64,000 nt of DNA from Obrimoposthia wandeli (taxonomy: Eukaryota). Positions 1-15,408 of this stretch are shown one piece after another; within the stretch, counting starts at the first letter, position 1; every line of letters starts with the position of its first letter. The notes beneath the pieces are model-generated. The model was not told the DNA's origin and did no database searches. It saw only the letters and a program-made list of their open reading frames with translations. The stretch spans positions 1 through 64,000 of the forward strand of contig CDROCS010000742.1 in assembly GCA_977020255.1 (NCBI GenBank). The letters are read 5' to 3'. A program made the position numbers and the translations under genes.

Positions 1-3000
1 AGATCGTTTATTCACTATTGACAAAACATCACGACTGCAACATGATGACTGATCATGCACCAACATCATTATCTGAAGATCGTTTATACACGTATGCAAC
101 ATACTGACCGATTATGCACCAACATTTTAAGATAAAGATCGTTTATTCACTATTGACAAAACATCACGACTGCACCATTCTGACTGGTTATGCGACGACA
201 TTATTAGCTGAAGATCGTTTACTCACTATTGACAAAACAACATAATTGCAACATAGTTAATTGATCATGCACCGACATCATTAGCTGAAGATCGTTTATA
301 CACGTCTGCAACATTCTGACTGTTTAAGCATTGACATTATTAACTTAATACTCACTACTGACAAATCCCCACGACGGCAACATACTGACCGATTATGCAC
401 CAACATTTTAAGATGAAGATCGTTTATTCACTATTGACAAAACATCACGACTGCACCATTCTGACTGGTTATGCGACGACATTATTAGCTGAAGATCGTT
501 TACTCACTATTGACAAAACAACATAATTGCAACATGCTGACCTGATCATGCACCGACATCATTAGCTGAAGATTGTTTATACACGTATGCACCATTCTGA
601 CTGGTTATGCGACGACATTATTAGCTGAAGATCGTTTACTCACTACTGACAAAACAACATAATTGCAACATGCTGACTGATCATGCACCGACATCATTAG
701 CTGAAGATCGTTTACATACTACTGATAAAACATGCTGACCTGATTATGCACCGACATTTTTAGCTGAAGATCATTTACTCACGGCTGCAACATGCTGACC
801 GATTATGCACCGACATCATTAGCTGAAGATCGTTTACTTACTACTGACAAAACATGCTGACCGGATTATGGACCGACATTATTAGCTGAAGATCATTTAC
901 TCACGGCTGCAACATTCTGACTGGTTATGCACCTACATTATTAGCTGAACATCATTTACTCACTACTGACAAAATATCACTACTGCAACATGCTGACTGG
1001 TTATCCACCAACATTATAAGATGCAGATCATTTATTCACTACTGACAAAACATCACGACTGCAATATACTGACCTGATTATGCACCGACATTATAAGTTG
1101 AATATCATTTACTCACTACTGACAAAACATCATAATTGCAACATGCTGACCAATTATGCACCGACATTATTAGCTGAAGATCTTTTAATCACTCCTGACG
1201 AAATAACATAATAGCAACATTATGACTGGTTATGCGACGACATCATTAGCTGAAGATCGTTTAATCATTCGTGACGAAATATCATAATAGCAACATTCTG
1301 ACTGGTTATGCGACGACATTATTAGATGAAGATCGTTTATTCACTACTGACAAAACATCACGACTGCAAAATGCTAACCGTTTATGCAACAACTTTATTA
1401 GCTGAAGATCGTTTACTCACTACTGACAAAACAACATAATTGCAACATACTGACCGATTATGCACCGACATCATTAGCTGAAGATTGTTTATACACGTAT
1501 GCAACATACTGACCGATTATGCACCAAAATTTTAAGATAAAGATCGTTTATTCACTATTGACAAAACATCACGACTGCAACATGATGACCGATTATGCAC
1601 CAACATTTTAAGATAAAGATCGTTTATTCACTACTGACAAAACATCACGACTGCAACATGCTGACTGTTCATGCGCCGATATTATTAACTTAAGATCATT
1701 AACTCACTACTGACAAATCCCCACGACGGCAACATACTGACCGATTATGCACCAACATTTTAAGATGAAGATCGTTTATTCACTATTGACAAAACATCAC
1801 GACTGCAACATGATGACTGATCATGCACCGACATCATTATCTGAAGATCGTTTACTCACTACTGACAAAACATCACTACTGCAACATGCTGACCTGATTA
1901 TTCACCGACATTATAAGCTGAAGATCATTTACTCACTACTGACAAAACATCACTACTGCAACATGCTGACCTGATTATTCACCGACATTATAAGCTGAAG
2001 ATCATTTATTCACTACTGACAAAACATCACGACTGCAACATGCTGACAAATTATGCACCGACATTATAAGCTGAAGATCATTTATTCACTACTGACAAAA
2101 CATCACTACTGCAACATGCTGACCTGATTATTCACCGACATTATAAGCTGAAGATCATTTATTCACTACTGACAAAACATCACGACTGCAACATGATGAC
2201 TGATCATGCACCGACATCATTATCTGAAGATCGTTTATACACGTATGCAACATACTGACCGATTATGCACCAACATTTTAAGATAAAGATCGTTTATTCA
2301 CTATTGACAAAACATCACGTATGCACCATTCTGACTGGTTATGCGACGACATTATTAGCTGAAGATCGTTTACTCACTACTGACAAAACAACATAATTGC
2401 AACAATGACAAGTTGATCATGCACCGACATCATTAGCTGAAGATTGTTTATACACGTCTGCAACATACTGACCGATTATGCACCAACATTTTAAGATGAA
2501 GATCGTTTATTCACTACTGACAAAAAATCACGACTGCAACATGCTGACTGATCATGCACCGACATCATTAGCTGAAGATCGTTTATACACTACTGACAAA
2601 ACATCACTACTGCAACATGCTGACCTGATTATTCACCGACATTATAAGCTGAAGATCATTTACTCACTACTGACAAAACATCACTACTGCAACATGCTGA
2701 TCGATTATGCACCAACATTTTAAGATAAAGATCGTTTATTCACTACCGACAAAACATTAAGACTGCAATATGCTGACTGTTTATGCAACGACATCATTAG
2801 CTGAAGATCGTTTACTCACTACTGACAAAAAAACATAATTGCAACATACTGACCTATTATGCACCAACATTTTAAGATAAAGATCGTTTATTCACTATTG
2901 ACAAAACATCACGACTGCAACATGATGACTGATCATGCACCGACATCATTATCTGAAGATCGTTTATACACGTATGCAACATACTGACCGATTATGCACC

Positions 3001-6000
3001 AACATTTTAAGATAAAGATCGTTTATTCACTATTGACAAAACATCACGTATGCACCATTCTGACTGGTTATGCGACGACATTATTAGCTGAAGATCGTTT
3101 ACTCACTACTGACAAAACAACATAATTGCAACATGCTGACTGATCATGCACCGACATCATTAGCTGAAGATCGTTTATGGGCTGACACGTCTGCAACATA
3201 CTGACCGATTATGCACCAACATTTTAAGATGAAGATCGTTTATTCACTACTGACAAAAAATCACGACTGCAACATGCTGACTGATCATGCACCGACATCA
3301 TTAGCTGAAGATCGTTTATACACTACTGACAAAACATCACTACTGCAACATGCTGACCTGATTATTCACCGACATTATAAGCTGAAGATCATTTACTCAC
3401 TACTGACAAATAAAAACATCACTACTGCAACATGCTGATCGATTATGCAATTCCAACATTTTAAGATAAAGATCGTTTATCCACTACCGACAAAACATTA
3501 AGACTGCAATATGTGACTGGTTATGCAACGACATCATTAGCTGAAGATCGTTTACTCACTACTGACAAAAAAACATAATTGCAACATACTGACCTATTAT
3601 GCACCAACATTTTAAGATAAAGATCGTTTATTCACTATTGACAAAACATCACGACTGCAACATGATGACTGATCATGCACCGACATCATTATCTGAAGAT
3701 CGTTTATACACGTATGCAACATACTGACCGATTATGCACCAACATTTTAAGATAAAGATCGTTTATTCACTATTGACAAAACATCACGTATGCACCATTC
3801 TGACTGGTTATGCGACGACATTATTAGCTGAAGATCGTTTACTCACTACTGACAAAACAACATAATTGCAACATGCTGACTGATCATGCACCGACATCAT
3901 TAGCTGAAGATTGTTTATACACGTCTGCAACATACTGACCGATTATGCACCAACATTTTAAGATGAAGATCGTTTATTCACTACTGACAAAAAATCACGA
4001 CTGCAACATGCTGACTGATCATGCACCGACATCATTATCTGAAGATCGTTTACTCACTACTGACAAAACATCATGACTGCAACATGCTGACTGTTCATGC
4101 GCCGATATTTTAAGCTGAAGATCGTTTACTCACGACTGATAATACCCCACGACTGCAATATACTGACCTGATTATGCACCGACATTATAAGTTGAATATC
4201 ATTTACTCACTATTGACAAAACATCACTACTGCAACATGCTGACCTGATTATTCACCGACATTATAAGCTGAAGATCATTTATTCACTACTGACAAAACA
4301 TCACGACTGCAACATGCTGACAAATTATGCACCGACATTATTAGCTGAAGATCTTTTAATCACTCCTGACGAAATAACATAATAGCAACATTCTGACTGG
4401 TTAAGCACTGACATTATTAGCTGAAGATCGTTTATTCACTACTGACAAAACATAATTGCAACATGCTGACCTGATTATGCACCGACATTACAAGCTGAAG
4501 ATTGTTTATACACGTCTGCAACATTCTCTCTATTATGCACCGACATTATTAGCTCAACATCATTTACTCACTACTGCAACATACTGACCGATTATGCACC
4601 AACATTTTAAGCTGAAGATCATTTATTCACTACCGACAAAACATCACGACTGCAATACGCTGACCGTTTATGCAACGACATCATTAGCTGAAGATCGTTT
4701 ACTCACTACTGACTGGTTATGCACCGACTTTATCAGCTGAAGATCTTTTAATCACTCCTGACAAAACAACATAATTGCAACATGCTGACCGATTATGCAC
4801 CGACATTACAATCTGAAGATTGTTTATACACGTCTGCAACATTCTGACTAGTTAAGCACTGACATTATTAGCTGAAGATCGTTTACTCACTACTGACAAA
4901 ACAACATAATTGCAACATGCTGACTGGTTATGAGACGACATTATTAGCTGAAGATCGTTTACTCACAACTGACAAAACATCACGTCTGCAACATTCTGAC
5001 TGGTTAAGCACTGACATTATTAGCTGAAGATCGTTTATTCACTACTGACAAAACAACATAATTGCAACATGCTGACCTGATTATGCACCTACATTACAAG
5101 CTGAAGATTGTTTATACACGTCTGCAACATTCTGACTATTATGCACCGACATTATTAGCTCAACATCATTTACTCACTACTGCAACATACTGACCGATTA
5201 TGCACCAACATTTTAAGCTGTAGATCATTTATTCACTACCGACAAAACATCAAGACTGCAATATGCTGACTGTTTATGCAACGACATCATTAGCTGAAGA
5301 TCGTTTACTCACTACTGACAAAACATCAGGACTGCAAAATGCTGAACGTTTATGAACCAACATTTTAAGATGAAGATCGTTTATTCACTACTGACAAAAA
5401 AATCACGACTGCAACATGCTGACCTGATTATGCACCGACATTATTAGCTGAAGATCGTTTATTCACTACTGACAAAACATAATTGCAACATGCTGACCTG
5501 ATTATGCACCGACATTACAAGCTGAAGATTGTTTATACACGTCTGCAACATTCTCTCTATTATGCACCGACATTATTAGCTCAACATCATTTACTCACTA
5601 CTGCAACATACTGACCGATTATGCACCAACATTTTAAGCTGAAGATCATTTATTCACTACCGACAAAACATCACGACTGCAATACGCTGACCGTTTATGC
5701 AACGACATCATTAGCTGAAGATCGTTTACTCACTACTGACTGGTTATGCACCGACTTTATCAGCTGAAGATCTTTTAATCACTCCTGACAAAACAACATA
5801 ATTGCAACATGCTGACCGATTATGCACCGACATTACAATCTGAAGATTGTTTATACACGTCTGCAACATTCTGACTAGTTAAGCACTGACATTATTAGCT
5901 GAAGATCGTTTACTCACTACTGACAAAACAACATAATTGCAACATGCTGACTGGTTATGAGACGACATTATTAGCTGAAGATCGTTTACTCACAACTGAC

Positions 6001-9000
6001 AAAACATCACGTCTGCAACATTCTGACTGGTTAAGCACTGACATTATTAGCTGAAGATCGTTTATTCACTACTGACAAAACAACATAATTGCAACATGCT
6101 GACCTGATTATGCACCTACATTACAAGCTGAAGATTGTTTATACACGTCTGCAACATTCTGACTATTATGCACCGACATTATTAGCTCAACATCATTTAC
6201 TCACTACTGCAACATACTGACCGATTATGCACCAACATTTTAAGCCGTAGATCATTTTCTTCACTACCGACAAAACATCAAGACTGCAATATGCTGACCG
6301 TTTATGAACCAACATTTTAAGATGAAGATCGTTTATTCACTACTGACAAAAAAATCACGACTGCAACATGCTGACCTGATTATGCACCGACATTATTAGC
6401 TGAAGATCGTTTATTCACTACTGACAAAACAACATAATTGCAACATGCTGACTGGTTATGAGACGACATTATTAGCTGAAGCTCGTTTACTCACAACTGA
6501 CAAAACATCACGTCTGCAACATTCTGACTGGTTAAGCACTGACATTATTAGCTGAAGATCGTTTATTCAATTACTGACAAAAACAACAGAATTGCAACAT
6601 GCTGACCTGATTATGCACCTACATTACAAGCTGAAGATTGTTTATACACGTCTGCAACATTCTGACTATTATGCACCGACATTATTAGCTCAACATCATT
6701 TACTCACTACTGCAACATACTGACCGATTATGCACCAACATTTTAAGCTGTAGATCATTTATTCACTACCGACAAAACATCAAGACTGCAATATGCTGAC
6801 CGTTTATGAACCAACATTTTAAGATGAAGATCGTTTATTCACTACTGACAAAAAATCACGACTGCAACATGCTGACTGATCATGCACCGACATCATTATC
6901 TGAAGATCGTTTACTCACTACTGACAAAACATCATGACTGCAACATGCTGACTGTTCATGCGCCGATATTTTAAGCTGAAGATCGTTTACTCACGACTGA
7001 TAATACCCCACGACTGCAATATACTGACCTGATTATGCACCGACATTATAAGTTGAATATCATTTACTCACTATTGACAAAACATCACTACTGCAACATG
7101 CTGACCTGATTATTCACCGACATTATAAGCTGAAGATCATTTATTCACTACTGACAAAACATCACGACTGCAACATGCTGACAAATTATGCACCGACATT
7201 ATTAGCTGAAGATCTTTTAATCACTCCTGACGAAATAACATAATAGCAACATTCTGACTGGTTAAGCACTGACATTATTAGCTGAAGATCGTTTATTCAC
7301 TACTGACAAAACATAATTGCAACATGCTGACCTGATTATGCACCGACATTACAAGCTGAAGATTGTTTATACACGTCTGCAACATTCTCCCAATTATGCA
7401 CCGACATTATTAGCTCAACATCAATTACTCACTACTGCAACATACTGACCGATTATGCACCAACATTTTAAGCTGAAGATCATTTATTCACTACCGACAA
7501 AACATCACGACTGCAATACGCTGACCGTTTATGCAACGACATCATTAGCTGAAGATCGTTTACTCACTACTGACTGGTTATGCACCGACTTTATCAGCTG
7601 AAGATCTTTTAATCACTCCTGACAAAACAACATAATTGCAACATGCTGACCGATTATGCACCGACATTACAATCTGAAGATTGTTTATACACGTCTGCAA
7701 CATTCTGACTAGTTAAGCACTGACATTATTAGCTGAAGATCGTTTACTCACTACTGACAAAACAACATAATTGCAACATGCTGACTGGTTATGAGACGAC
7801 ATTATTAGCTGAAGATCGTTTACTCACAACTGACAAAACATCACGTCTGCAACATTCTGACTGGTTAAGCACTGACATTATTAGCTGAAGATCGTTTATT
7901 CACTACTGACAAACAACATAATTGCAACATGCTGACCTGATTATGCACCTACATTACAAGCTGAAGATTGTTTATACACGTCTGCAACATTCTGACTATT
8001 ATGCACCGACATTATTAGCTCAACATCATTTACTCACTACTGCAACATACTGACCGATTATGCACCAACATTTTAAGCTGTAGATCATTTATTCACTACC
8101 GACAAAACATCAAGACTGCAATATGCTGACTGTTTATGCAACGACATCATTAGCTGAAGATCGTTTACTCACTACTGACAAAACATCAGGACTGCAAAAT
8201 GCTGAACGTTTATGAACCAACATTTTAAGATGAAGATCGTTTATTCACTACTGACAAAAAATCACGACTGCAACATGCTGACCTGATTATGCACCGACAT
8301 TATTAGCTGAAGATCGTTTATTCACTACTGACAAAACATAATTGCAACATGCTGACCTGATTATGCACCGACATTACAAGCTGAAGATTGTTTATACACG
8401 TCTGCAACATTCTCTCTATTATGCACCGACATTATTAGCTCAACATCATTTACTCACTACTGCAACATACTGACCGATTATGCACCAACATTTTAAGCTG
8501 AAGATCATTTATTCACTACCGACAAAACATCACGACTGCAATACGCTGACCGTTTATGCAACGACATCATTAGCTGAAGATCGTTTACTCACTACTGACT
8601 GGTTATGCACCGACTTTATCAGCTGAAGATCTTTAATCACTCTGACAAAACAACATAATTGCAACATGCTGACCGATTATGCACCGACATTACAATCTGA
8701 AGATTGTTTATACACGTCTGCAACATTCTGACTAATTAAGCACTGACATTATTAGCTGAAGATCGTTTACTCACTACTGACAAAACAACATAATTGCAAC
8801 ATGCTGACTGGTTATGAGACGACATTATTAGCTGAAGATCGTTTACTCACAACTGACAAAACATCACGTCTGCAACATTCTGACTGGTTAAGCACTGACA
8901 TTATTAGCTGAAGATCGTTTATTCACTACTGACAAAACAACATAATTGCAACATGCTGACCTGATTATGCACCTACATTACAAGCTGAAGATTGTTTATA

Positions 9001-12000
9001 CACGTCTGCAACATTCTGACTATTATGCACCGACATTATTAGCTCAACATCATTTACTCACTACTGCAACATACTGACCGATTATGCACCAACATTTTAA
9101 GCTGTAGATCATTTATTCACTACCGACAAAACATCAAGACTGCAATATGCTGACCGTTTATGAACCAACATTTTAAGATGAAGATCGTTTATTCACTACT
9201 GACAAAAAAATCACGACTGCAACATGCTGACCTGATTATGCACCGACATTATTAGCTGAAGATCGTTTATTCACTACTGACAAAACATAATTGCAACATG
9301 CTGACCTGATTATGCACCGACATTACAAGCTGAAGATTGTTTATACACGTCTGCAACATTCTCTCTATTATGCACCGACATTATTAGCTCAACATCATTT
9401 ACTCACTACTGCAACATACTGACCGATTATGCACCAACATTTTAAGCTGAAGATCATTTATTCACTACCGACAAAACATCACGACTGCAATACGCTGACC
9501 GTTTATGCAACGACATCATTAGCTGAAGATCGTTTACTCACTACTGACTGGTTATGCACCGACTTTATCAGCTGAAGATCTTTTAATCACTCCTGACAAA
9601 ACAACATAATTGCAACATGCTGACCGATTATGCACCGACATTACAATCTGAAGATTGTTTATACACGTCTGCAACATTCTGACTAGTTAAGCACTGACAT
9701 TATTAGCTGAAGATCGTTTACTCACTACTGACAAAACAACATAATTGCAACATGCTGACTGGTTATGAGACGACATTATTAGCTGAAGATCGTTTACTCA
9801 CAACTGACAAAACATCACGTCTGCAACATTCTGACTGGTTAAGCACTGACATTATTAGCTGAAGATCGTTTATTCACTACTGACAAAACAACATAATTGC
9901 AACATGCTGACCTGATTATGCACCTACATTACAAGCTGAAGATTGTTTATACACGTCTGCAACATTCTGACTATTATGCACCGACATTATTAGCTCAACA
10001 TCATTTACTCACTACTGCAACATACTGACCGATTATGCACCAACATTTTAAGCTGTAGATCATTTATTCACTACCGACAAAACATCAAGACTGCAATATG
10101 CTGACTGTTTATGCAACGACATCATTAGCTGAAGATCGTTTACTCACTACTGACAAAACATCAGGACTGCAAAATGCTGACCGTTTATGAACCAACATTT
10201 TAAGATGAAGATCGTTTATTCACTACTGACAAAAAAATCACGACTGCAACATGCTGACCTGATTATGCACCGACATTATTAGCTGAAGATCATTTACTCA
10301 CGGCTGCAACATTCTGACTGGTTATGCGCCGACATTATAAGCTGAAAATCGTTTACTAACGACTGATAAATCCCCACGACTGCAACATACTGACCTGATT
10401 ATGCACCGACATTATAAGCTGAAGATTGTTTATACACGTCTGCAACATTCTGACTATTATGCACCGACATTATTAGCTCAACATCATTTACTCACTACTG
10501 CAACATACTGACCGATTATGCACCAACATTTTAAGCTGAAGATCATTTATTCACTACCGACAAAACATCACGACTGCAATACGCTGACCGTTTATGCAAC
10601 GACATCATTAGCTGAAGATCGTTTACTCACTACTGACTGGTTATGCACCGACTTTATCAGCTGAAGATCTTTTAATCACTCCTGACAAAACAACATAATT
10701 GCAACATGCTGACCGATTATGCACCGACATTACAATCTGAAGATTGTTTATACACGTCTGCAACATTCTGACTAGTTAAGCACTGACATTATTAGCTGAA
10801 GATCGTTTACTCACTACTGACAAAACAACATAATTGCAACATGCTGACTGGTTATGAAACGACATTATTAGCTGAAGATCGTTTACTCACAACTGACAAA
10901 ACATCACGTCTGCAACATTCTGACTGGTTAAGCACTGACATTATTAGCTGAAGATCGTTTATTCACTACTGACAAAACAACATAATTGCAACATGCTGAC
11001 CTGATTATGCACCTACATTACAAGCTGAAGATTGTTTATACACGTCTGCAACATTCTGACTATTATGCACCGACATTATTAGCTCAACATCATTTACTCA
11101 CTACTGCAACATACTGACCGATTATGCACCAACATTTTAAGCTGTAGATCATTTATTCACTACCGACAAAACATCAAGACTGCAATATGCTGACTGTTTA
11201 TGCAACGACATCATTAGCTGAAGATCGTTTACTCACTACTGACAAAACATCAGGACTGCAAAATGCTGACCGTTTATGAACCAACATTTTAAGATGAAGA
11301 TCGTTTATTCACTACTGACAAAAAAATCACGACTGCAACATGCTGACCTGATTATGCACCGACATTATTAGCTGAAGATCGTTTATTCACTACTGACAAA
11401 ACATAATTGCAACATGCTGACCTGATTATGCACCGACATTACAAGCTGAAGATTGTTTATACACGTCTGCAACATTCTCTCTATTATGCACCGACATTAT
11501 TAGCTCAACATCATTTACTCACTACTGCAACATACTGACCGATTATGCACCAACATTTTAAGCTGAAGATCATTTATTCACTACCGACAAAACATCACGA
11601 CTGCAATACGCTGACCGTTTATGCAACGACATCATTAGATGAAGATCGTTTACTCACTACTGACTGGTTATGCACCGACTTTATCAGCTGAAGATCTTTT
11701 AATCACTCCTGACAAAACAACATAATTGCAACATGCTGACCGATTATGCACCGACATTACAATCTGAAGATTGTTTATACACGTCTGCAACATTCTGACT
11801 AGTTAAGCACTGACATTATTAGCTGAAGATCGTTTACTCACTACTGACAAAACAACATAATTGCAACATGCTGACTGGTTATGAGACGACATTATTAGCT
11901 GAAGATCGTTTACTCACAACTGACAAAACATCACGTCTGCAACATTCTGACTGGTTAAGCACTGACATTATTAGCTGAAGATCGTTTATTCACTACTGAC

Positions 12001-13416
12001 AAAACAACATAATTGCAACATGCTGACCTGATTATGCACCTACATTACAAGCTGAAGATTGTTTATACACGTCTGCAACATTCTGACTATTATGCACCGA
12101 CATTATTAGCTCAACATCATTTACTCACTACTGCAACATACTGACCGATTATGCACCAACATTTTAAGCTGTAGATCATTTATTCACTACCGACAAAACA
12201 TCAAGACTGCAATATGCTGACTGTTTATGCAACGACATCATTAGCTGAAGATCGTTTACTCACTACTGACAAAACATCAGGACTGCAAAATGCTGACCGT
12301 TTATGAACCAACATTTTAAGATGAAGATCGTTTATTCACTACTGACAAAAAAATCACGACTGCAACATGCTGACCTGATTATGCACCGACATTATTAGCT
12401 GAAGATCATTTACTCACGGCTGCAACATTCTGACTGGTTATGCGCCGACATTATAAGCTGAAAATCGTTTACTAACGACTGATAAATCCCCACGACTGCA
12501 ACATACTGACCTGATTATGCACCGACATTATAAGCTGAAGATTGTTTATACACGTCTGCAACATTCTGACTATTATGCACCGACATTATTAGCTCAACAT
12601 CATTTACTCACTACTGCAACATACTGACCGATTATGCACCAACATTTTAAGCTGTAGATCATTTATTCACTACCGACAAAACATCAAGACTGCAATATGC
12701 TGACCTGATTATGCACCGACATTTTTAGCTGAAGATCGTTTACTTACTACTGACAAAACATGCTGACCTGATTATGCACCGACATTATTAGCTGAAGATC
12801 GTTTATTCACTACTGACAAAAAATCACGACTGCAACATGCTGACTGATCATGCACCGACATCATTAGCTGAAGATCGTTTACTTACTACTGATAAAACAT
12901 GCTGACCTGATTATGCACCGACATTTTTAGCTGAAAATCATTTACTCACGGCTGCAACATGCTGACCGATTATGCACCGACATCATTAGCTGAAGATCGT
13001 TTACTTACTACTGACAAAACATGCTGACCTGATTATGCACCGACATTATTAGCTGAAGATCATTTACTCACGGCTGCAACATTCTGACTGGTTATGCACC
13101 TACATTATTAGCTGAAGATCATTTACTCACTACTGACAAAATATCACTACTGCAACATGCTGACTGGTTATCCACCAACATTATAAGATGCAGATCATTT
13201 ATTCACTACTGACAAAACATCACGACTGCAACATGCTGACCTGATTATGCACCGACATTATTAGCTGAAGATCATTTACTCACGGTTGCAACATTCTGAC
13301 TGGTTATGCGCCGACATTATAAGCTGAAAATCGTTTACTAACGACTGATAAATCCCCACGACTGCAACATACTGACCTGATTATGCACCGACATTATAAG
13401 CTGAAGATCGTTTATT
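1..13416. repeat. Satellite array with ~76-bp and ~58-bp monomers and higher-order repeats; runs off the left edge
   Basis: Monomer GCTGAAGATCGTTTACTCACTACTGACAAAACATCACGACTGCAACATGCTGACCGATTATGCACCGACATTATTA plus deletion variants. Diagnostic variants recur at ~733 bp (1747/2478/3211), ~950-1027 bp, 2861 bp (3961/6822) and ~2117 bp (10341/12458). Confidence 0.98.
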
Positions 13417-14060
13417 TCTATTTTGCATTTGGGACACCGGAAATTACTGCAACCAGTTGTCTTGCTGATGTGAGCTTCACAATAATCCACTGGGCAACAT
13501 ATTTGAATAAATTTTGAGCCATTACTGACAGTCTGAAAGAAAAGTGAGAGTGAGGGAGTGAGTGAGTGAGTAAGATTTTCAATCAGTGTTAATATCACCT
13601 TCATATCTTGATATTCATTTTAGCTTTGATTTTCGTGCACAGCTCTACATTTTAAATAATTTACTTTCCTACAGTCTGGACAAATTACGGCAATTTTGTT
13701 CCCAAATATCTCAGCCACGTAGTCACAATTGACACTGAAAGGCCATCTCAAGTTGTGACATGATGCTGTTCTTGACCTTCCTGCGGTAGACTTCATACTG
13801 GTCCTTGTCGAGTACCTGTGCATGACCGAGTTTGAATGATTCGCATACAACAAAGAGAACACATGTCAAGTCGTTACTTACTTTCTCTATGATGTGTTCG
13901 GGCACGTAATTTATGCAACCAAGACAGTGCAGAGGAACTGAGCTGCTGAGGAAGTGAGATGGGAGGCACTTTCTGCGTGGTAAATCCCATATGTATATTA
14001 TCAGATAGGACATAGAAAGAGTAAAAATTGCTTCTAATGGATGTATTATGAAAAAGTGTC
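13417..14060 (-). pseudogene. Divergent RBCK1/HOIL-1-like RBR E3 ligase pseudogene (RING1 remnant, IBR, intron, RING2)
   Basis: IBR CQLCDYVAEIFGNKIAVICPDCRKVNYLKCRAVHENQS*NEYQ (HOIL-1 has [25 protein letters not shown]). A GT-AG intron is followed by CCPVDYCEAHISKTTGCSNFRCPKCKIEI. It has a stop and frameshifts and is cut off by the satellite. Confidence 0.75.
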
Positions 14061-14719
14061 TTCAAATATTTTTATACAACATAAATTCACGAGAAATTTT
14101 ATGAAAATTCAACATTGTTTGAGGTCAAAATTAACCATTCAGTGTTGACAGGATATTTGGTGAATCTGGGATACTGGTGAAACAGGATACTAATGACCAT
14201 CTTTTCAAATGGAAATATCTCAGAATGAAATTGAAATATGTGATTGAAACTTTGATTGCCAATTTTGCCAAATTTGAGTTTAATCTGATTGTTATACAAC
14301 AATCTGCAAAAATAACTTTTTTGAATCTCAACTGGAAAATATGAGAATAAAACTCAAATATTTACAGATGTTGTAAACTGTTAACATATCTAATTTTTTT
14401 TCATTTTCACTTTACATTAAAGCTTATTTAGAAAAATAGACATGGACCAGATAAAATAAATAGGTAGGATTATAACCTGCAATAAATATGATTTTCACAA
14501 GTTTGAATCGGTTCTTTGATAGATTCGGAGCAATCCATAGTAATCTAATTGAGAATAAATTTCAAAAATATTATGAACGGATTGTAAAAATCCTTGATCA
14601 TTATTATATATAAACACAATTTTCATATATAAACTTATAAAACACATGATTAAACTATAATTTTATTTTTTTCATATTAATACATATTTTTAACTAAAAT
14701 TTATTGACTACTAATCCGA

Positions 14720-15408
14720 ATTATATTTTTTTAAAGTAATTATCAATAGTGTTTGTATTTGCAATTTGGAGTCTTCTTTTCACTGCATATTCTCTAAACT
14801 TATGAATACTTGAAAATAAATCTTTATCAAACTCTTCGTCGCTCTTCATAACGTCATTAAACGCTGAAAGAGCCAACAAAGTATTTCCCCAATCATTAAC
14901 ATTGTTAACAGTTGTTTTTCGAATACTTTCTGGTTTTTATTCGTTGTCATCAGAGCTCTCTACCAGCGTTTCATGTATTTTATGTATTGATCATTTTGTT
15001 TTGCTTAAAAGCATTTGAACATCAAAGCTACGAAACACATCAAGTTGTAGTTCTTCTTCCTCTATTTCTTGTACAGACATTGTGTTGTCTATAACTTCAT
15101 TTATAAGAGCATTTGTTGATTGTTCATCTTCTAGCGTTATAATAAATTTTTATATCGATAAACGGAATAGCATTAAAGCAATTTTTAATGGTACAAATTG
15201 GAACACAATCCGAAGCATCCGTAAATTTTACTATAACACTGCTAATTAAATAAACTTTAAACGAAATAATATTAATTCTTTCTTTCAGCTTTTCGATTAA
15301 TATTCTTTCTATTAAATCTGTAATACATTGATGAGATATCACATATTTCTCTGAATAATCAATTATGTCCGTCTTCCTTGCTAAACTTAAACATGTTCTT
15401 TTATTCAT
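14720..15408 (-). mobile_element. Tigger/pogo-like transposase remnant (N-terminal HTH start and C-terminal tail; no DDE domain seen)
   Basis: MNKRTCLSLARKTDII resembles the CENP-B/HTH_psq start and ...ALSAFNDV...TIDNYFKK* resembles Tigger C-termini. Multiple stops; TIRs not identified. Confidence 0.45.

Noticed and set aside
1747-3438. Repeated 75-81 aa ORFs in the satellite
   Set aside because: By-products of the repeat; frames are not maintained across units.
1-13416. CTGAAGA in every satellite monomer (sometimes followed by GACGAAA) as a hammerhead core
   Set aside because: No closing stem II pair before GAAA, no stem III or NUH site, and most monomers have GACAAAA.
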